The position numbers and the translations under genes are program-made. This document shows, in pieces, positions 62,126 through 64,000 of a DNA stretch of 64,000 nucleotides (position 1 is its first letter; each line of letters begins with the position of its first letter). The notes beneath the pieces are model-generated. The model saw only the letters and a program-made list of their open reading frames with translations. It was not told the DNA's origin and ran no database searches. The stretch comes from Camelus dromedarius (lineage: Eukaryota), in assembly GCF_036321535.1 (NCBI RefSeq), contig NC_087436.1:64172001-64236000 (forward strand), given 5' to 3'.

Positions 62126-63724
62126 TTAGACATGGTTATTTGATTATTTTAGGAGGTCTGAGTTAAAGTCATCAATGGGAAAATCTTAATTGTGTCAGTT
62201 TCTCTCTTAGAGTTAGTATTCCTACTGGACCTTTATTAGTAACACTTTTACTATAGTTACCGTTATAAAATGTTAAAGATCTCAAGGTAATCATTTTAAT
62301 ATTAGACTATGGCAAATATCTCTAGGAATATTTCAGAATACAAATTAAAATCCTTTGGAACACTGGACTATTTAGTATTTATTTCCATGTTTACATAACC
62401 ATTTATTGCCTATATATTACAGATTTCCCTTTGCAGGTTTTTCTTATGTCTAAACTATAGTCTTATTCATATGTGATAGTAGTTGGTATATTGTAAAATG
62501 TTGAGTCTATTCCTAGGCCATTTATTTCTGAGGAGGTTATAAAATATTGTTTATACAAAATATAAGAAATATCTTTGCTAGATCAAAATTCAATCTGAGG
62601 CAAAATTAGAGGGGAGAAAAGCTCAAGAATTATTTGAAAAGATTCTTATTTACATTTGTGGCATGCTCACATAAAAAAAATGCACTTCGTGTCAGCTCAC
62701 AAAAGGATATGGAGCGATTCCGGCTTCATAGTATCCATTCTTTTCTGCTAGTGCCTCTGTTTTCATAAGGACAAGGAGATTGAGTGGTGTTTGTGTATGT
62801 GTAGTGTGGGGGTTCATTCTTGTGCATCTACTCTTTTGATAATAAATATATAAAACTATATTTTGAGATTTTTTCACATATATTGATGAATATACATACT
62901 GTTTTAATTATTGGCTGTGGTGGTAAGTCAGTTAAGGAAGAGAGAGTGTAATTATTTTTAGGAGACATATAGTAGAATATGATCTATCAGATTGAGACAA
63001 ATTTAGAGAATGCATCTAATTTTATGAACATTTGTATCCTTTCTAGTTCTAGTGTGTTTTCTTGTCCCTACTCATCACCTTGCTTTACTTCTCTCTCTAC
63101 TCAGTGATTTTTATCCTATTTTCTTAAAATACAAAACCAAAAAAGGAACATCTCAGTTGTATATAATCTAGCATATTTAAAAATATGTATTAAAAAGTTA
63201 AAAGTAGTTCCTACTGTATAATGCATATACATAAATATGAACCTTGCATAATAGACACTTTTTACAAATTTGGAATTTACTCTAAACATTTAATTAGTAT
63301 GTAAATACTTGCAGACTTGATACACCCTAAACAACTTCATAAGTATGAAAGGACAAAAAGAATTCATTTCCTTTGCATTGTAATTAAGAGTAACGGATGA
63401 TGGGTACTGAATAAAGTTTGATTCCAAATGTGAGCAGTTTTTGTATAATAATACTTTTTTTCAGTACTAATTAGTACATTGTCTTTGGCATCTATTTATC
63501 GTTTGTTTAAAATTTACTTTTTGTTTTTTGGAAAAATTAAAGATGACAACTCTGATTCATTTCTTTACTTCTTTCTTAATTTTAAAGTGTTTCCACATTT
63601 TGATTTTATTTGTGGAATAAACATTTATTGATATGTAATTTGATTAGCACTTCACCCTAAAAAGACCATGATTAATAGACCACTTATTATGTGGATAATC
63701 CTGATTCTTATGTGCCTATTCCTT

Positions 63725-64000
63725 GATCCATCCATGAACAGTCACTGAGTGTCACTCTGTTTTCTGTCTTAGTACTTAGTACTGGCTGGACAGTTTCTAC
63801 TCTTAAGGAGCTCAGAGTTCAATTATGTCATAGTTGATTTGGGAAGATCAACTTTTAAATAGAAAGTTACAGGAAAATGTAGAAAGTTTCTTAAGAGATG
63901 TATATGCAAGGGGCATTGCTGAAATTTAGGACAGCAATGAAATTTGCCAAAGTTCACAAAGGAAAGAAGCAAGACCTAGGAGTTTATAGCACTGGCAGCT
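63725..64000 (-). mobile_element. L2 3' end (runs off the window)
   Basis: atccatccatgaacagtcactgagtgtcactctg...tctactcttaaggagctcagagt. Confidence 0.6.

Noticed and set aside
86..62877. The 60-114 aa ORFs in the supplied track as genes
   Set aside because: Short, low-complexity, many with non-ATG starts and no recognisable domains; the only recognisable ones are L1 ORF2 remnants.
1..64000. Identification as the SUPT3H/RUNX2 locus
   Set aside because: Prompted by a vague, unverified recollection that the 69-nt exon resembles a SUPT3H alternative exon, and by RUNX motifs. I found neither the RUNX2 P1 exon (MASNSLFS...) nor any SUPT3H core exon on either strand, so no gene symbol is assigned; a BLAST would settle it.

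Overview
AT-rich, CpG-depleted placental-mammal genomic DNA with no recognisable intact protein-coding gene, RNA gene or prokaryote-type system. The ORF track is almost entirely chance ORFs; the few recognisable ones are decayed LINE-1 ORF2 remnants. The window is a mosaic of ancient repeats (L2, MIR, L1M, MaLR/MLT1, hAT MER58 and MER91, a Tigger2-type MITE), one well-preserved ERV1-type solo LTR with a 4-bp TSD, and microsatellites. These are separated by several multi-kb repeat-poor blocks carrying transcription-factor motif clusters. Every L1 and LTR copy I could orient lies on the minus strand, and one strong-looking + strand cassette exon (17341-17409) is present, so the window most likely lies inside a very large intron of a + strand gene that I could not identify. 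I saw no Alu, B1/B2, Can-SINE or ruminant/pig SINE, which suggests a SINE-poor, probably laurasiatherian lineage (inference). Repeat family names come from remembered consensus sequences, and boundaries are approximate unless a TSD or TIR is given. I found no evidence for a genuinely new biological system; the findings are candidate regulatory, splicing and structural elements.
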